A program made the position numbers and the translations under genes. From Patescibacteria group bacterium (lineage in GTDB: Bacteria > Patescibacteriota > Microgenomatia > UBA12405): a stretch of 64,000 nt of DNA. Location of the stretch: NCBI GenBank assembly GCA_050943115.1, contig JBMNON010000006.1, forward strand, positions 963-64,962, read 5' to 3'. Below are positions 60,294-64,000 of the stretch, piece by piece (position 1 is the stretch's first letter; each line of letters starts with the position of its first letter). Below the pieces are notes generated by a model. The model worked only from the letters and a program-made list of their open reading frames with translations, was not told the DNA's origin and did no database searches.

Positions 60294-62218
60294 AGAAAAG
60301 AAGGATTATGTTTATTTCCGAACACGCCTCCCCCTTGGCCTCTATAGGGGGATCTGACAGTGGAGGACAAAATATTTACGTGGATAAGGTGTCGACGGAA
60401 CTAGCAAAAAGAGGCTTCTTGGTTGACGTATTTACGAGGAAAGACGACAAAGACTTACCGGAAGTCGTTGATTGCCATAATGGGGTCAGGGTAATTCAAG
60501 TTACGGCCGGTAAACAATGTTTTGTGCCAAAAGAAGAGATGCTGCCCTTGATGGGAGAGTTTGAGGCGGAGATAGAAAAATTTGTAGCAAGGGGAAAGTT
60601 AATGTATGACCTAATTCACGCTCATTTTTTTATGTCAGGGTTGGTGGCAATAAACTTAAAAAGGAAACTTCAGACCAAAGTGGTGATAACTTTCCATGCT
60701 TTAGGTAAAGTGAGAAAAATCTACCAGGGAGACAGTGATAAATTCCCCGAAGAAAGATTGAAAATTGAAGAAAGGATAGTCGGAGAAGCTGATGCTATCG
60801 TTGCTGAGTGCCCTCAGGACAAGGAGGATTTAATTAATTTGTACCAGGCTAATAAGAAAAAAATTTCGATAATCCCCTGTGGATTTGATCCGAATGAGTT
60901 AAAGCCGATTGATAAGGTGTTTGCCAGGAAATTGCTAGGGCTGAATGTTGACGATAATATTATTTTGCAATTGGGAAGGCTGGTGCCGAGAAAAGGAATT
61001 GCCAATGTCATTAAGGCCGTCGGGATCCTTCATAAGGAAGAAAAGATTAGCGCAAGGCTTCTGGTGGTGGGCGGTGAAAGTGAAACAGCCAATCCGGAGA
61101 TAACTCCGGAAATCGGTAGGTTGCAAAAGATCGCCAAAGAGAGTGGAGTTTTTGATAAGGTAGCTTTTTTAGGTAAAAAGGGCAGACACGTAATAAAAAA
61201 TTATTATTCTGCCGCAGACGTATTTGTTAGTACACCCTGGTATGAACCATTTGGCATTACGCCCTTGGAATCAATGGCCTGCGGGACTCCGGTGATAGGA
61301 TCCAGGGTCGGCGGAATTAAATATTCGGTAGCAGAAGGTGAAACTGGACTTTTAGTGGAGCCAGAAAAACCAAGAGAGCTGGCTTATGCATTGAAGGACA
61401 TATTGAGCAATAAAACGATGGCTACAAAAATGGCAATAAGATCAATTTATCGAGTTAACAAATACTTTAAGTGGTCAGATGTAGCCAAAATGATGGAGAA
61501 CTTATACGAGGAAGTATTGCAGCCTGATAAGGACAAAGCATTGAGTAAAGGTAATTATTCTAAGGTTGTAGAGGCAAATTTTCAAAGACTGAGGGAAGAT
61601 CTATTGAAAACAAAAAGTGAGATAAGCCAATCCATCGTAAGTACAACAAAGCTTCTTGTAGGTGTTCTCCAAAATAAAAAGAAGGTCTTTGTAGCAGGCA
61701 ACGGCGGCAGCGCCATGGATGCCCAACATTGGGCAGCGGAAATGGTAGGACACTATATGCTTGATGACAGAAAACCCCTGGCAGTGCTATCTTTGACAAG
61801 TGATACGGCAATTATTACGGCATTAGCCAATGATTTTAGCTTTGATGAAATTTTTTCAAAGCAAGTTGAGGCGCTGGGTGATGAGGGCGATGCTTTAGTT
61901 TTAATTAGCACCAGCGGAAATTCCAAGAATTTGCTGAACGCGGCAAAAGCCGCCAAGAAACAAAAAATGTTGGTGGTTGGACTACTAGGTAAAGAGGGAG
62001 GAAAGTTAAAAGAACGGTGCGATATCTCCATAGTGATACCATCCGATAGCGCTCAAAGTATTCAGGAAATCCACATTAACATTATTCACACCATTTGCGA
62101 GCTGACAGAAAAAGAATTAATTGGTAAGGCGGAAATATCTAAGAAACAAAAAGAATATCTAAAAAGACAGTTAACAAGTCCAGACAAAGAGGTGTACTAT
62201 GGAAATTTTGAAAAATAA
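60290..62218 (+). CDS. gmhA: fusion of a GT4 glycosyltransferase (about 400 aa) with a C-terminal SIS-domain sedoheptulose-7-phosphate isomerase (GmhA)
   Basis: The GT4 region has EPFGITPLESMACGTPVIGSRVGG. The GmhA region has VFVAGNGGSAMDAQHWAAEM...DALVLISTSGNSKNLLNAAKAAK. Confidence 0.8.
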   Translation: MKKRRIMFISEHASPLASIGGSDSGGQNIYVDKVSTELAKRGFLVDVFTRKDDKDLPEVVDCHNGVRVIQVTAGKQCFVPKEEMLPLMGEFEAEIEKFVARGKLMYDLIHAHFFMSGLVAINLKRKLQTKVVITFHALGKVRKIYQGDSDKFPEERLKIEERIVGEADAIVAECPQDKEDLINLYQANKKKISIIPCGFDPNELKPIDKVFARKLLGLNVDDNIILQLGRLVPRKGIANVIKAVGILHKEEKISARLLVVGGESETANPEITPEIGRLQKIAKESGVFDKVAFLGKKGRHVIKNYYSAADVFVSTPWYEPFGITPLESMACGTPVIGSRVGGIKYSVAEGETGLLVEPEKPRELAYALKDILSNKTMATKMAIRSIYRVNKYFKWSDVAKMMENLYEEVLQPDKDKALSKGNYSKVVEANFQRLREDLLKTKSEISQSIVSTTKLLVGVLQNKKKVFVAGNGGSAMDAQHWAAEMVGHYMLDDRKPLAVLSLTSDTAIITALANDFSFDEIFSKQVEALGDEGDALVLISTSGNSKNLLNAAKAAKKQKMLVVGLLGKEGGKLKERCDISIVIPSDSAQSIQEIHINIIHTICELTEKELIGKAEISKKQKEYLKRQLTSPDKEVYYGNFEK

Positions 62219-62927
62219 AGTAGCGATTGTAACAGGTGCTGCCCAAGGATTGGGAAAAGAGATAAGTATGACTCTGGCTAAAGCAGGAATGAGGGTGGTG
62301 TTGGCAGATTTAAATGAAGAGAAACTTATAGAAACAGTGACAGAATTACAAGGTGGGAACTTAATCGTGGAGGGGGTGGTTTTAAATGTAGCTGATGTAG
62401 AGGAAAGTAAAAATATCATAGACGATGTATTTGCAAGGCTAGGAAGGTTGGATGTGTTGATTAACAATGCCGGGATTGATGTCACCAAGTCGGTTAAAGA
62501 AATGAGTCCGGAAGAATGGGATAAAGTAATCGCTGTTAACCTAAGAGGGCCATTTTTGATGACCAAACAAGCTATGACGAGAATGGCTGACCAAGAAGAA
62601 GGCGGACATATCGTAAATATTACTTCAACAGCAGCCAAAAGGGCCTGGGCAAATGCCGGGGCTTACCATGCCAGCAAATGGGGGCTTTTAGGATTCAGCC
62701 ATGGAATGCATGTAGAAGGAAGAGGAGATGGGGTGAAAGTGACGGCGATAATAGCCGGAGGTATGAAAACCCCATTCATTTTAGACCGGTTTCCCGATGT
62801 TGACCCTAGCGTTTTGCAGGACCCAAAAAATGTCGCTAACGTAGTGAAGTTTGTCCTGGAACAACCGGAGGGAACCGTTATTCCGGAAATTATGGTTTTG
62901 CCTGTAAAGGAAACATCATGGCCATAG
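62199..62927 (+). CDS. short-chain dehydrogenase/reductase (SDR)
   Basis: It has VTGAAQGLGKEI, NNAG and YHASK. Confidence 0.8.
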   Translation: MEILKNKVAIVTGAAQGLGKEISMTLAKAGMRVVLADLNEEKLIETVTELQGGNLIVEGVVLNVADVEESKNIIDDVFARLGRLDVLINNAGIDVTKSVKEMSPEEWDKVIAVNLRGPFLMTKQAMTRMADQEEGGHIVNITSTAAKRAWANAGAYHASKWGLLGFSHGMHVEGRGDGVKVTAIIAGGMKTPFILDRFPDVDPSVLQDPKNVANVVKFVLEQPEGTVIPEIMVLPVKETSWP

Positions 62928-63508
62928 TAAATAATAGAGCAGTATTCGTAGATAAAGATGATACGGTCAATTTTGACAAACCTTTTTACAACTACAATCC
63001 TGACTTGATCAAGATAATACCAGGAGCCAGTGAAGGGTTGTCCATGTTAAGGGAGAAGGGCTATAAGGTGGTGTTGGTAACAAACCAAAGCGGTGTAGCC
63101 AGAGGATATTTTGAAGAAAAAGATTTGGCTCCCCTTTTTGAAAAGCTGCAATATCTTTTAAACTTTCGGTTTGATGGGATTTATTACTGCCCACATTACA
63201 TTGGAGGATCTGTAAATGACTTTGCGGTTGCTTGTGAGTGCAGAAAACCGGAGATTGGACTGTTGCTTAAGGCAGCAAAAGAGTTATCTTTTGATTTGAA
63301 CAGCTCCTGGATGGTCGGAGATCGCACCAGTGATATGGAGGCAGGAAAAAGGGCGGGGTGTAATACCGTTATGATAGACAGGAACTGCGAATACACAGCT
63401 TTCCCCCTGGCTGATTATATTTGCAGAAATATGAAAGAAGCAGCAGAAATTATTGTTAGCAGTCTGGAGGACAACAAACATGAAAAAGAGGCTAAGGGAA
63501 ATCATTAA
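62918..63508 (+). CDS. gmhB: D,D-heptose 1,7-bisphosphate phosphatase (GmhB, HAD-IIIA)
   Basis: It has AVFVDKDDTVN (HAD motif I), VTNQSG, CECRKP and GDRTSDMEAGKRAG. Confidence 0.8.
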   Translation: MAIVNNRAVFVDKDDTVNFDKPFYNYNPDLIKIIPGASEGLSMLREKGYKVVLVTNQSGVARGYFEEKDLAPLFEKLQYLLNFRFDGIYYCPHYIGGSVNDFAVACECRKPEIGLLLKAAKELSFDLNSSWMVGDRTSDMEAGKRAGCNTVMIDRNCEYTAFPLADYICRNMKEAAEIIVSSLEDNKHEKEAKGNH

Positions 63509-64000
63509 AAACTTTGTTGGTAAAAAGATATTGGTAATAGGCGATATTATGCTGGACGGTTATTTTCAGGGGCATTCTGAAAGGATAAGCCGGGAAGCAC
63601 CAGTTCCAATTGTTGATGTGGAAAAGGTTTATGAGGTACCCGGGGGAGCTGCCAATACAGCAGTTAATATAGCGGATATGGGGGCAAGCTGTAGAATCAT
63701 GTCGATTGTCGGTGAGGATGGTAATGGGAGAAGATTGGTTTCAAAGTTAAAAAATAAAGGAATCGGAGTCGAGGGAATATTGTGGGATAAGACCAGGAAA
63801 ACCTTGGCTAAAAGAAGAGTGATGGCTGATGGTCAGATGGTGGCCAGATATGACTTTGGCGAAAAAAGTTGTTTGACTCGAATACAAGAGAGATCGGTGG
63901 TAAAAAACTTAAAAGGAAGTTTCCCGGATGCAGATGCCGTGATTATTTCCGACTACGATTACGGGTTTTTGACGGATCGAGTAAAAGAAGAAATTGAGAG
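63480..64000 (+). CDS. hldE: heptose-7-phosphate kinase (PfkB-family RfaE/HldE domain I), 3'-truncated by the window end
   Basis: The ATG at 63480 overlaps the gmhB 3' end. My own translation gives KKILVIGDIMLDGYFQGHSERISREAPVPIVDV...VPGGAANTAVNIADMGA, matching the HldE kinase N-terminus. It is not in the ORF track because no stop falls inside the window. Confidence 0.8.
   Translation, partial: MKKRLREIIKNFVGKKILVIGDIMLDGYFQGHSERISREAPVPIVDVEKVYEVPGGAANTAVNIADMGASCRIMSIVGEDGNGRRLVSKLKNKGIGVEGILWDKTRKTLAKRRVMADGQMVARYDFGEKSCLTRIQERSVVKNLKGSFPDADAVIISDYDYGFLTDRVKEEIE

Noticed and set aside
1-64000. Mobile elements or prophage (integrase, transposase, terminal inverted repeats, tRNA-adjacent islands)
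   Set aside because: No integrase or transposase motifs, no tRNA genes and no long terminal repeats were seen. The only compositional islands are the PT-linker coding tracts.

Overview
This window is AT-rich, with GC-rich islands only where Pro/Thr-rich linkers are encoded, and gene-dense on both strands. Gene content is bacterial and resembles a small-genome, fermentative, Gram-positive-like lineage, possibly Patescibacteria/CPR; that assignment is inference from gene content only.

No rRNA, tRNA, CRISPR array, transposase, integrase or reverse transcriptase could be supported.

Main blocks, in order:
- 1-7.3 kb: lexA with a perfect palindromic operator candidate, a divergent GIY-YIG-like gene, rarA, a DUF4349-like protein, and a two-component cluster (OmpR-type regulator, CheY-like receiver, PAS-HisKA sensor with a degenerate ATPase domain).
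- 7.5-19.8 kb: a GT-C membrane glycosyltransferase, Hsp20, a divergent Nramp-like transporter, a GH5 cellulase with tandem accessory modules, a pseudouridine synthase, a LigT-like 2H phosphoesterase, a DEDD exonuclease and a 650-bp structured non-coding region. Then a ChaB-like protein, a YhfW-like FAD/Rieske oxidoreductase and a Y-family polymerase (dinB) coupled to a small upstream ORF.
- 19.9-21.8 kb: a YtxH-like protein, a small membrane protein and an eRF1/Pelota-superfamily gene split into two ORFs at a T6 homopolymer.
- 21.8-31.7 kb: one 9.8-kb gene for a 3,278-aa surface protein (delta-60-type beta-propeller repeats, three MAM-like modules, Calx-beta, FN3, a long PT/S/A tract and a C-terminal TM plus RRR tail). 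It is followed by a GerMN-domain gene and a 62-bp near-identical copy of the giant gene's 3' end.
- 33.4-36.4 kb: a substrate-binding protein, sensor histidine kinase and receiver module.
- 36.4-46.5 kb: a surface-glycan island (two GT-C enzymes, SDR, GT4, polysaccharide deacetylase, GT2, and a 1,083-aa GT2 / processive GT2 synthase / GT4 fusion).
- 46.7-56.7 kb: small housekeeping and stress genes (YbaK-type deacylase, aldo/keto reductase, DUF378, a second glycoside hydrolase carrying the same tandem modules as the GH5 enzyme, SRAP/YedK, a standalone LigD phosphoesterase domain, PspC, PEBP).
- 56.8-64.0 kb: a heptose-glycosylation locus (two GT9 genes, a GT-B enzyme, a GT4-GmhA fusion, SDR, GmhB, and an HldE-type heptose kinase truncated by the window end).
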